Source of the DNA: a virus
Reading direction: 5' to 3' (one strand)
DNA: 64,000 bases
Virus record (IMG/VR): IMGVR_UViG_3300025572_000001
Coordinates: 1 to 64,000 of that record
Numbering within the stretch: the stretch's first letter is position 1; every line of letters starts with the position of its first letter. The notes under the pieces were generated by a model. It was not told where the DNA came from, did no database searches, and worked only from the letters and a program-made list of their open reading frames with translations. Made by a program: the position numbers and the translations under genes. Below, piece by piece: positions 40,447-49,529 of this stretch.

Positions 40447-43400
40447 ATGACGCAGGAAGAGCTCCAGTTCATCATGAAGCTTCAGGATGAAGCGTCCCAG
40501 ACGATCAAGAAGATCGGTGACGCCCTGAAGGGGCTTGGTGGCGGTGCTTCCACGGTAAAGAAGGAAGCAGATGAGGCATCGAAATCTCTCGATAACCTGG
40601 TGACGCAGGCGAAGGCGGCGGGTGCTGCCATCGCCGGAGCTTTCGCATCCAACAAGATGCTCAACAACGCAATCACGACCTTCGCTGGGTACGAAAAGGG
40701 CCTCATCAACGTCCGCAAGACCACGGATATGACCATCAAGGAAATCCGTGAGTTCGAGAGGGAGTTCGACAAGCTCCTGATGACCATGACGGGTGTCCGG
40801 CCAGATGAAATGCTGAACATCGCCGGGGCCATTGGTCAGATGGGTGTCCATGATCCTCAAGATATTCTCAAGATGACCGAGGTCATGGGCAAGCTGTCCA
40901 TTGCTGCACCGACCGTTTCCGGTGAGCAGGGTGCGTCCACGATCTCTCGTATCCTCACCGTCACTGGCGAAGGCATCAAGAACGTCGAGAAATTTGCGTC
41001 CGCTCTGGTTCACCTCGGTAACACTACGGCTGCGACCGAGCACGAGATTCTTTCGATGGCATCTCGTATCGCTCAGTCCACGGCGCAGTTTGGACTGACC
41101 TCTGACGCCATTCTTGGTATCGCGGCTGCGGCCAAACAGCTCGACTTCCGCCCCGAGCTGTTCGGTACGGCGATGGGTCGCCTATTCACTGGTCTGACGG
41201 ACTCGGCCATTAACGCCACGAAGGGTATGGAACGGCTTACTCGCCTTACCGGTATTACGCGAGAACAGTTCCTGCAAATACTGGAGGATAAGCCGGAACA
41301 GGCATTCCTCATCGTTCTGAAGGTATTCAAGGACCTTCGCGATGCGGGCATGTCCACCACCCAGTTCATGAGGGACCTCAGGTTGGAGGGCATCGAGATT
41401 GCCTCGGTGCTTGGTTCGGCGTCGAAGAACATTGAGCTCTTCGATAAAAAGATGGTGGAGTCGGCTCGTGAATACGAGGAGATCAAGGCGCTAACCGAAG
41501 AGTACATGAAGGCCATCGAGGGCCTGTCTGCCCGTTGGGATGGTCTTACTGCGACTGCTACCGTTTTCTCCAAGACCATTGGTGGGGCACTGGCTCCAAT
41601 CCTCAAGCCGATGGTTGATTGGGTCAGAGAGCTGATGAACATGGCTATCCGCACGTTCACGGCTCTGCCTGGTCCGATCCAGACGGTAATTGCCCTGATT
41701 GGTACGCTGTCCACGACCATTCTCGGCATCGGAGCCGCGCTCAGCATTGTTGGTCGTGTTGGTGCCTTCACGGCGGTTGTGAAGGGGTTCACCACGGCGA
41801 CCGCTGTTGCGCTCAGGTTCAGCGGAGTCCTCCTGGCACTAAGGGGGACCATGGTCGCTTTGTCTGCCATCTGGGCCGTTATGTGGATGCCTGCTGGCGC
41901 GGCTATCGCTGGCGTGATCACCGGCATCAAGGCTGTTGGCACGGCCTTCAAGGCCATGGGTGCCATGGCGCTCCTGATGAGCCGCCAGGTCATCGCGGCG
42001 ATGATCCGGCTTGGTGCGGTGGTGTTGGCCACGTCCGGCGCGGCTATCACGGCTGTCCGGAACTTCAGCCTCTTCGCTGTTGGTGTGGCTGCTGTCCGCA
42101 AGCTGACTGCTGCTTTTGTGCTTCTGCGGGTGGCGATCCTGTCGATCCCGCTCGCGATCGCGGCCATCCCGGCGCTTCTCGCCTCTCTGCCTGTCATCGT
42201 GCCCGTGGCCATTGGAGCGGCCATGGTGGCGCTGGGTGCGCTCATCTATTCCAAGTGGGATGAGATAAAGGCGTTCTTCAGCCAGAGCTGGTCCGAGATC
42301 GGAGAGGGCATGAAGACCGCCATATCCAACGCCTGGGACGCCACGATTGATTACCTGAAGGACGGGTGGAACAGGTTCGTGAACTGGCTCGCGGGCGACG
42401 ATGTTGCCGCGGCCCTCGAAGAGGCCGAGAAGGCTGCTACGACTGGTAGCCAGAGCGTGGCGGGAGCCATAGAGACCAATATCGGAAAGGGTCTGAGTGA
42501 AAAGGCATTCAATACCCTCGACGACATGTTCAACTTCCGCGAGGCGAGGAGGATAATCAAGGACCAGAAGGATGCACTGGAGGAGCTTCTGAGTCTCGAT
42601 GTGGAGGTGCAGGTACAGTCTGGTTTCGAGGACAAGGATATTCGACGCCTGAAGGCGATGATCAAGCAGGCCGAGCGTGAGCTCGATCCGCTACAGATCA
42701 AGATTGACGACCTGACGGATGAGCTTGAGACGGCCCGTGCGATTACCAAGGACCGGCAGAACACCCTCGAAGTGGACCGCGCGATCCGTGACATTCGACG
42801 GGACATCATCGATCTGACCGAAGAGGAAGAGGCCCAGGTCCGTAAGATCATCCGTGCCCGCCAGCAGGCCGAGCAGGATAAAGCCTACGAAGACATGATC
42901 CGCACTCTTCGCCGGGGCTTGGAGGATGCCCGTGCCCTGACCGAGGAGCGGAAGACCGAGCTCATGATCCTGCGTCAGATCGAAGACGCGGAGCGCGATA
43001 TCGGCTCCCTGACTCGTGAGCGCAAGAACGAGATTGCGCAATTAATTGCACAGACGCGGCAGCTTGAGCTCTTCAGGGCGTTGGAAGAGCAGCTGGACCC
43101 GATCACAGCGGCGGTTCGCGAGTACGAGCAAGGGGTACGGACCCTGAATGATGCTTTCGCCAGCGGTCTGATCAGCGCAGAGCGGTACTACTGGCTGCTC
43201 CAGAGACTGAATGATACCACGCTTACCTCCCGTAATCCGATCCTTGAGCGGGTGCGGACGATGCGCGAGGAGCTGGCTCTGTTCGGCCTCCGCGGCAAGG
43301 AACTGGAGATCGAGCGCACTGTCCAGCAGGAGATCAACTCGCTTCGCAGCCAGGGCGTACCGATCACGAGGGAGCTTACGCAGGCAGTCCGCGAGTACGC

Positions 43401-45381
43401 TACGGCGCTGGCCGAGGCCAACGAGCAGGGCAAGAGTGGTATCCGGCAGTGGCTCGATGAAATCGGCACGTTCGAGGAAGCGATAGAGAAGCTGAAGAAG
43501 GACACCATCGGCGGCCTGGCTGATGCCCTGACCGAGGCGTTCACCGGAGGCAAGGACGCTCTCCGGAACTTCGGCCTGCAGCTGGGCAAGATGATGGTAC
43601 GCTTCGCCGTGGAGAACACGATGCGGCAGCTGTTCCAGCCGTTCGCCCAGCAGCAGAAGCAGGACTCGGCCACCCGCATCGAGAACGCGATCAGCAAGAT
43701 CGAATCGCTGGCCCAGTCGGGCATTCATACGCCGCAGGCCGTGGTCAACGCCGGGCAGGTCAGCATCAATGGTCAGCCTTTCGGTTGGCCTGGCGCTCAG
43801 GACCAGTCGGCCTACGCGGCTCCGGTGTCTCCGGTCGAACGAGCTCCGCTTCCGGCCAATACCAACATGGCACCCACGACCGGAGCGGCTCCGGGATCGT
43901 TCCGTGCTGCTCAGGAAGCCGGTTTGACCCTGAAGCAGACTGCCGACCAGATGACCACTGCCGGTAACCAGATGACGCAGGCCCTGAGCTCGGCCACACA
44001 GAAGATCAATTCGGCCTTCAACACGGCTGGTCCTGGCTCGCTGAGCATCCCTGACCTGACGAGCACCGCCCAGACGGCGCTCGATAAGGTGACCCAGGCT
44101 GTGTCCAATGCCACGTCTTCGGCGGTGGATACCGTGACTGCGTTCCTTGGGATGCACGAGCGGACGAACCGAAGCCAGATCAACAGCTTCCTGAAGGCGG
44201 GTGGCATCGACATCGACGCCGCCCAGACGGCCTGGTGCGCAGCCTTCGTCAACTCCGCTCTGGAGCAGGTAGGTGTGACGGGCTCCGGGTCGCTGGTCGC
44301 CGCCGACTTCCTGAAGTGGGGCCAGGCCGTCCGGCCCGAGGATGTGCTGAGGGGTGACGTTCTGGTTGCCCACCGTGGCCGCCAGCCTGGCCAGACGGGT
44401 GCGCATGTGGGCTTCGCCACCGGCAACACCCGCATGGGTCCGAATGGCCTCCAGCTCGAAATGCTGTCGGGTAACGAGAGCAACCGGGTCCAGACCTCCT
44501 GGTACGATGCGAACCAGCTGGCCATCCGCCGTGCGACCGAGGACATGCAGAAGCTGGGTCAGCAGACGCAGCAGACCGTCCAGCAGATGAACCAGCAGTT
44601 CCAGCAGCAGGGCATGACCATGCAGACGGCTCATCAGCAGGTGCAGCAGAGCGCCACGACCGCATCGCAGGCCATGCAGATGTCCGGCCAGAACATGCAG
44701 CAGCTGGGCTACTCGACTCAGAATGTCGGGCAGCAGGCGAGCCAGGCCGCCCCGCAGATCGACCAGGCCGGTACGGCCCTCCAGAACGCCGGTATGCGGG
44801 CACAGCAGGCCGGTCAGCAGGCGAGCAACGCCAACCCCGGATTCAGCGCCATGCAGAATGGCATTCGCGGCCTGCTTGGCCCGCTTGATCAGGTCGTGCC
44901 TGGTCTTGGCAGCTTCGCTCAGGCTGTCTTGCAGCTGATCCAGCAGCTCATGTCCGGCATTGGAGGTGGTGGCCTCTTCGGCGGCATTCTGGGCTTCCTG
45001 TTCCACAGCGGTGGTGTTGTTGGTCGGACGAGCGCCACGAGAGCCATGCCGATCACGGCCTGGGCTGGTGCTCCGCGCTTCCATAAGGGTCTGTTCAAGA
45101 AGGATGAGTACCCGGCCATCCTGAAGCGCGGCGAGAGGGTCCTGACCGAGAGCCAGAACAAGAAGAACCTCGCCATCATCGACGGCCTGAGCCGTCAGGT
45201 CGAGGAGATGGGTAAGGTGCTTCAGTTCAGCCGCAATGGCGGTCGCCGGTATGGCGAGGTCAACCAGACCGTGGTGAACAACATCAATGTTCGTGACGCC
45301 AACGGCTTCCGGAAGTCTGAGGGACAGATTTTCGCAGATACGCTGATCAAGATGCAGCGTATGGCTGTACGAAACAACTGA
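40447..45381 (+). CDS. tape measure protein with an embedded NlpC/P60-like (TIGR02594-like) hydrolase domain
   Basis: 1644 aa with long coiled-coil regions and a central cluster of hydrophobic helices. AAQTAWCAAFVNSALEQ...GAHVGFATG forms a Cys/His block. Gln-rich C-terminal region. Confidence 0.88.
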   Translation: MTQEELQFIMKLQDEASQTIKKIGDALKGLGGGASTVKKEADEASKSLDNLVTQAKAAGAAIAGAFASNKMLNNAITTFAGYEKGLINVRKTTDMTIKEIREFEREFDKLLMTMTGVRPDEMLNIAGAIGQMGVHDPQDILKMTEVMGKLSIAAPTVSGEQGASTISRILTVTGEGIKNVEKFASALVHLGNTTAATEHEILSMASRIAQSTAQFGLTSDAILGIAAAAKQLDFRPELFGTAMGRLFTGLTDSAINATKGMERLTRLTGITREQFLQILEDKPEQAFLIVLKVFKDLRDAGMSTTQFMRDLRLEGIEIASVLGSASKNIELFDKKMVESAREYEEIKALTEEYMKAIEGLSARWDGLTATATVFSKTIGGALAPILKPMVDWVRELMNMAIRTFTALPGPIQTVIALIGTLSTTILGIGAALSIVGRVGAFTAVVKGFTTATAVALRFSGVLLALRGTMVALSAIWAVMWMPAGAAIAGVITGIKAVGTAFKAMGAMALLMSRQVIAAMIRLGAVVLATSGAAITAVRNFSLFAVGVAAVRKLTAAFVLLRVAILSIPLAIAAIPALLASLPVIVPVAIGAAMVALGALIYSKWDEIKAFFSQSWSEIGEGMKTAISNAWDATIDYLKDGWNRFVNWLAGDDVAAALEEAEKAATTGSQSVAGAIETNIGKGLSEKAFNTLDDMFNFREARRIIKDQKDALEELLSLDVEVQVQSGFEDKDIRRLKAMIKQAERELDPLQIKIDDLTDELETARAITKDRQNTLEVDRAIRDIRRDIIDLTEEEEAQVRKIIRARQQAEQDKAYEDMIRTLRRGLEDARALTEERKTELMILRQIEDAERDIGSLTRERKNEIAQLIAQTRQLELFRALEEQLDPITAAVREYEQGVRTLNDAFASGLISAERYYWLLQRLNDTTLTSRNPILERVRTMREELALFGLRGKELEIERTVQQEINSLRSQGVPITRELTQAVREYATALAEANEQGKSGIRQWLDEIGTFEEAIEKLKKDTIGGLADALTEAFTGGKDALRNFGLQLGKMMVRFAVENTMRQLFQPFAQQQKQDSATRIENAISKIESLAQSGIHTPQAVVNAGQVSINGQPFGWPGAQDQSAYAAPVSPVERAPLPANTNMAPTTGAAPGSFRAAQEAGLTLKQTADQMTTAGNQMTQALSSATQKINSAFNTAGPGSLSIPDLTSTAQTALDKVTQAVSNATSSAVDTVTAFLGMHERTNRSQINSFLKAGGIDIDAAQTAWCAAFVNSALEQVGVTGSGSLVAADFLKWGQAVRPEDVLRGDVLVAHRGRQPGQTGAHVGFATGNTRMGPNGLQLEMLSGNESNRVQTSWYDANQLAIRRATEDMQKLGQQTQQTVQQMNQQFQQQGMTMQTAHQQVQQSATTASQAMQMSGQNMQQLGYSTQNVGQQASQAAPQIDQAGTALQNAGMRAQQAGQQASNANPGFSAMQNGIRGLLGPLDQVVPGLGSFAQAVLQLIQQLMSGIGGGGLFGGILGFLFHSGGVVGRTSATRAMPITAWAGAPRFHKGLFKKDEYPAILKRGERVLTESQNKKNLAIIDGLSRQVEEMGKVLQFSRNGGRRYGEVNQTVVNNINVRDANGFRKSEGQIFADTLIKMQRMAVRNN
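43037..43050. repeat. 1-mismatch palindrome copy cGCAATTAATTGCA
   Basis: Intragenic in the tape measure; encodes AQLIAQ. Confidence 0.9.
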
Positions 45382-45384
45382 GTG

Positions 45385-45398
45385 TGCAATTAATTGCA
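45385..45398. repeat. exact 14-bp palindrome TGCAATTAATTGCA (16-bp with flanks)
   Basis: Intergenic, 12 nt before ATG 45411. Confidence 0.95.
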
Positions 45399-45410
45399 CG
45401 GGAGTGAACG

Positions 45411-46517
45411 ATGTCTTTGCTTTGGCTCGACGGATTTGATGCCTACAACATCGGAACGGCGAACCCGCCCCCCACCAGTGGCAATCAGTATGACGCCACC
45501 AACATCATGTTGAGCTCGGGGTACGTCGCGGCCAATGACTGCATGGTGACCACGGAAACCCGCACGGGCCGTGGCTGCGCTCTTCGCTTCAGGGCTGACT
45601 CCGGTGGTGCGGAGAGCCAGGGTTGGTTCCGGAAGGTGGTCGATATCCGGGATGAGCTCGTGGTGGGCTTCGCCTTCAAGTATGTGGCCACGCAGCTCGA
45701 TCTGCTTTGCCGGTTCGAGTACGACAACCTGTACGGCACCCGCTCGACCGCGATGGCCGTCTACATCAACGGCACGGGCGGACTTACCGTGTCTGTAGGT
45801 GGCCAGCCGATTGCCTACAGCCCATCGAACATCATCTTCCCGAACGTCTGGCACTATGTGGAGGTCAAGTACAAGCCGAGGGCGGCGGGTGGGCGGATCG
45901 TTGTCCGCGTCGATGGCGTCACATTCATCAACTTCACGGGCAAGACCAAGCCTGACAGCTTGCCCGAGTTCGTGAACGTCCTCTGGGTCGGGCAGACCTC
46001 GAACGACTACTTCAACAGCTCCGACATAGCAGTGTACCAGTGGATTGACGACCTCTATATCCTCGATACGCAAGGCGATCTGTTTAACGACTTCCTCGGT
46101 GATGTCGTCATTCATTCGATGATGCCCACCAAGGACGCAGGACCAAATCAGGGCAACCAGTTCGGCGGTGGTCTGGCCAAGTTCACGGCAATTGACGAGA
46201 TCGGACCGGACGACGACCAGTCTTACATCTACGCCAACACGGTAGGCGTGAAGGAGATGTTCGGCATCGACCCGCTGCCGTCCAACGTCATCGACGTGCT
46301 GGCCGTAGGCATCAATGTCCGTGCCAAGAAGGACGCTGCTGGCGTTTCCAATTACTCGATCTGCTGCAAGGTGGACGACACCGAAGAGCAGTCCGATCAC
46401 CTGACGGCTCCGACGCAGTATGTCACCAGACAGTTCATTCTGGAAACGAAGCCGGGTGGCGGTTCCTGGACCAAGGAAGACGTTGAGGCAATGAGCTTTG
46501 GATTTGAGCTGAAGTAA
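45411..46517 (+). CDS. tail protein (N-terminal LDGFDAY family)
   Basis: Lies after the tape measure. Its N-terminus is paralogous to that of 54773..55846. Confidence 0.5.
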   Translation: MSLLWLDGFDAYNIGTANPPPTSGNQYDATNIMLSSGYVAANDCMVTTETRTGRGCALRFRADSGGAESQGWFRKVVDIRDELVVGFAFKYVATQLDLLCRFEYDNLYGTRSTAMAVYINGTGGLTVSVGGQPIAYSPSNIIFPNVWHYVEVKYKPRAAGGRIVVRVDGVTFINFTGKTKPDSLPEFVNVLWVGQTSNDYFNSSDIAVYQWIDDLYILDTQGDLFNDFLGDVVIHSMMPTKDAGPNQGNQFGGGLAKFTAIDEIGPDDDQSYIYANTVGVKEMFGIDPLPSNVIDVLAVGINVRAKKDAAGVSNYSICCKVDDTEEQSDHLTAPTQYVTRQFILETKPGGGSWTKEDVEAMSFGFELK

Positions 46518-47800
46518 TGTCTGTCGCGGTTACGCACATAAGGACCGATGTTGCCAGCGAGGAGGATGCGAACCTTCGGGTGACGCAGGTTGAAGGTCGT
46601 GCCTGTTCAACCGCTGCCAACCCGCGTTTCCGGGCCACGCAGGCATACGTCAACTACATCGGAATCCAGCGAAATCGCCCGTACAAGCCGAATGATCCGG
46701 AAAACCCCGATCCGGGCGATCCCGGCTATCAGCCTCCACCTACGCCGGGAGGTCCGCCGCCTGACCCAATCTATGGGACGCCCTCGACCAGCGACAACAT
46801 CTACGTCACGCAGGTCATGGTGAATGTCCTCATGACGTTCGCACCCAACTTCGAGTGGATCGACATGTTCATCAACGAAGAGTTCCCGCACGATATCAGC
46901 TACAACTCGATTGGTGCGACCCGTTACCAGACGGACGTTGTGATGGTGGACAGCGGCCACACGCAGCGCAACAGCCGCTGGGACCAGCCGCTCATGGAAT
47001 ATGACGTGGCCTACGGCGTTCGCACCCTTGAGCACCTGCACGACCTGATCGCTTTCTTCCGGGCGATGCAGGGCCGCAAGCACGCTTTCCTGTATCATGA
47101 CGTGGTGGACCACACCTCGACGCTGGCCACCCGCGAGGAGGCCCGCAGCACCCCGCCGATCACACCGTTCGACCAGCTCATCGGCGTTGGCGACAACGCG
47201 ACGAAGCAGTTCCAGCTGGTAAAGCGTTACCCGACGCCCTCCGGGACGCATTACGCTACCCGACCGATCTACAAGCCTAAGCCTGGCACGGTCAGGATTG
47301 CCGTAGGCGGGGACGAGATTTCGGGCTTCGTTTGTGACTATGACACGGGAATGATCACGCTGACCCCGCGTCATGGCATCAACAATCTCATGAACGCTTC
47401 GATCATCCGGCAGGGCGTATCCAATTCGACCCGCTGGAGGATCACCGCCGACAATGCGGACTTTAGCGACTTCCGGGTGGGGGAGCGCGTCCTGACCATC
47501 GGATGGCTGAATGCCGAGAACAACCTCAGTGAGGCCGTCAACGCCCCGATCCTCGAAAAGGGCCTGAACTGGATAGACATCCAGCTGCCTCCGGACAAGG
47601 GCATGAACGAAAGCGGGCGCAACGGTGTGTCCGTCTACACGCACCCGGCCCCCGCCACCGGTGTGGAGGTGAGGGCTGGCTATGAGTTCTGGGTTCCGGT
47701 TCGTTTCGACACTGACCGACTTCCGGTTTCATTGGAGGAGTACGGCATTGGTGGTGCGGCGGATGTGAAGCTCGTTGAAGTGCGGCCTGGGGAGGAATAA
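46517..47800 (+). CDS. distal tail protein, DUF2460-like (RcGTA g12-like)
   Basis: FPHDISYNSIGATRYQTDVVMVDSGHTQRNSRWDQPLMEYDVAYGVRT matches my recollection of the DUF2460 core. Has a Pro-rich N-terminal extension. Confidence 0.65.
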   Translation: MSVAVTHIRTDVASEEDANLRVTQVEGRACSTAANPRFRATQAYVNYIGIQRNRPYKPNDPENPDPGDPGYQPPPTPGGPPPDPIYGTPSTSDNIYVTQVMVNVLMTFAPNFEWIDMFINEEFPHDISYNSIGATRYQTDVVMVDSGHTQRNSRWDQPLMEYDVAYGVRTLEHLHDLIAFFRAMQGRKHAFLYHDVVDHTSTLATREEARSTPPITPFDQLIGVGDNATKQFQLVKRYPTPSGTHYATRPIYKPKPGTVRIAVGGDEISGFVCDYDTGMITLTPRHGINNLMNASIIRQGVSNSTRWRITADNADFSDFRVGERVLTIGWLNAENNLSEAVNAPILEKGLNWIDIQLPPDKGMNESGRNGVSVYTHPAPATGVEVRAGYEFWVPVRFDTDRLPVSLEEYGIGGAADVKLVEVRPGEE

Positions 47801-47803
47801 CTC

Positions 47804-49093
47804 GTGAAGAAGGTAAGCCAGGAGCTCTTTGACGAGCTGCGCAAAACCACGACCTACATTGTTGCAGCCTGGAAGGTGACGCGGAGGGACGGCGTTGTTC
47901 TCGGCTTCACGTCCGGGGACCAGCCGTTCGTCTATGACGGGGTGCAGTACATTCCGGCCAACTCGTTCTCGGCATCGGCCCACATCTCCCGCAACAACTT
48001 CTCGGTGGACAACATGAACGCCATCGCCCTGACGGGCGACCACATCACCGAGCGGGACCTGCTGGGTGGTGTCTACGATGGTGCGAGGGTCGAGCTCTTC
48101 TGGATCAGGCCGGACAAGCCCGAATGGGGCACGGTTCCGATCCGCAGTGGCCGCATTGGCGAGATCAAGATCACGAATGGCCAGTTCGAGACGGAACTCC
48201 GCGCCCTGACCCAGCTGCTCCAGCAGGACTTCGGTGAGTTCTACACGCTCGAATGTGCGGCCTCACTTGGCGATGCACGCTGCCGCGTGAATATGAACCC
48301 GCCTGTGTGGTCCCCTGGTATGCAGTGTACGGCGGAGATCATTTCTGACGCGAGTTTCGGGACAGTCGTTCGGCCTTCCACGCCGAACGGCTTCTGGTAC
48401 TACTGCGTGAACGGTGACAAGTCCGTCCGGACCGACGCCCCGAAGGACGACCCGTATTTCCTGAGTGAGCATTTCCAGAGCCTGCCCGTGTGGCTGATGG
48501 CTTTCGGGGTGATCTTTTCCGTCATGATGATGTTCTTCTTCTTAGATGAGTTCTTCAGGGGCCGAGTGAGTGTGCCGACTCCTGCTGTTAGGACCCTTCG
48601 GTACGGAAAGGCAGGCAACACTGAGCCGAACTGGCCGACCACGGAAGGGGCAACTGTTCGGGACGGTGAGGTCATCTGGGAAGCCCGCCTGGCACGTGAG
48701 GCGGAAGGAACGGTAACTGGTATCTACGACCGGGCGTCCTTCGACTGCCGGGATTTCAGCAAGGCTTACGATCCGAATTTCTTCCAGTACGGCTATTTGG
48801 AATGGCTGACGGGGGATAACGCTGGCTTCAAGATGGAGGTCCGCGAGTACCGCAAGGTGCCCCGCCCTCATTTCAAGCTGGTCGAGTCCATGCCGTATCC
48901 GATCAAGAAGGGGGACACCTTCAGGGTTTGGCAGGGCTGCCCGAAGACGCGGTACGCCTGCAAGGAAATCTTCCGCAACCTCGACAACATGCGGGCCTTC
49001 CCCGACATGCCGACCGAGGACAAGGCGCTGTCCACGCCGAACTATTCGCAGCAGGGCAAGTCAGTGGAGAGCAGCGGTGGAAAGGGTCGATAG
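47804..49093 (+). CDS. tail hub protein, DUF2163 / phage BR0599-like (RcGTA g13-like)
   Basis: AAWKVTRRDGVVLGFTSGDQPFVYDGVQYIP and the C-terminal CPKTRYACKEIFRNLDNMRAFPDMP blocks. Confidence 0.68.
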   Translation: MKKVSQELFDELRKTTTYIVAAWKVTRRDGVVLGFTSGDQPFVYDGVQYIPANSFSASAHISRNNFSVDNMNAIALTGDHITERDLLGGVYDGARVELFWIRPDKPEWGTVPIRSGRIGEIKITNGQFETELRALTQLLQQDFGEFYTLECAASLGDARCRVNMNPPVWSPGMQCTAEIISDASFGTVVRPSTPNGFWYYCVNGDKSVRTDAPKDDPYFLSEHFQSLPVWLMAFGVIFSVMMMFFFLDEFFRGRVSVPTPAVRTLRYGKAGNTEPNWPTTEGATVRDGEVIWEARLAREAEGTVTGIYDRASFDCRDFSKAYDPNFFQYGYLEWLTGDNAGFKMEVREYRKVPRPHFKLVESMPYPIKKGDTFRVWQGCPKTRYACKEIFRNLDNMRAFPDMPTEDKALSTPNYSQQGKSVESSGGKGR

Positions 49094-49529
49094 TATCATT
49101 CGGCGTGATGAGATCATTGCTCGCGCTCGCGAGTGGATTGGCACGCCCTACAGACATCAGGGCCGAAAAAAAGGCGTTGCAGTTGATTGCATTGGCCTGG
49201 TCTACGGTGTGTGGCTCGACCTTGGTTTGCCTCAGATCACCATCCCGGCGAACTACACGGAGAGCCCGTCCGGCACGATGCTTCAGCAGAATGCCGAGAA
49301 GTACCTCGTGCCGACCGACCGGAAGGACTTCTACCCAGGCGACGTGGCCGTCCTGTGGGGTTGGAAACAGGAACCGCAGCACTTTGCAATTGTGGGCGAG
49401 TACGCGGGCCGCACGACCATGATCCACGCCTTCTCGAAGCGCGGCTTGGTGGTCGAACACGGTTGGGATGACTTCTGGATGCAGCGCCTGGTGCGCATCT
49501 ACGAGTTTCCGGGGACGGAGGCGGTCTGA
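49077..49529 (+). CDS. NlpC/P60-family cell-wall peptidase (RcGTA g14-like)
   Basis: GTPYRHQGRKKGVAVDCIGLV (catalytic Cys) and a downstream HFAIV (His). Confidence 0.78.
   Translation: MERVDSIIRRDEIIARAREWIGTPYRHQGRKKGVAVDCIGLVYGVWLDLGLPQITIPANYTESPSGTMLQQNAEKYLVPTDRKDFYPGDVAVLWGWKQEPQHFAIVGEYAGRTTMIHAFSKRGLVVEHGWDDFWMQRLVRIYEFPGTEAV

Noticed and set aside
43042-45399. Very long minus-strand ORFs, for example 43042..45399, 32359..33990, 20524..21987, 33764..34744 and 14483..15352.
   Set aside because: Each lies antisense to a + strand gene with clear family motifs (tape measure, scaffold/capsid, dikinase-like, dehydrogenase-like). Their translations are R/G/P/A-rich and low-complexity, which is typical of shadow frames in GC-rich DNA. 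No RBS or recognisable motifs were seen.
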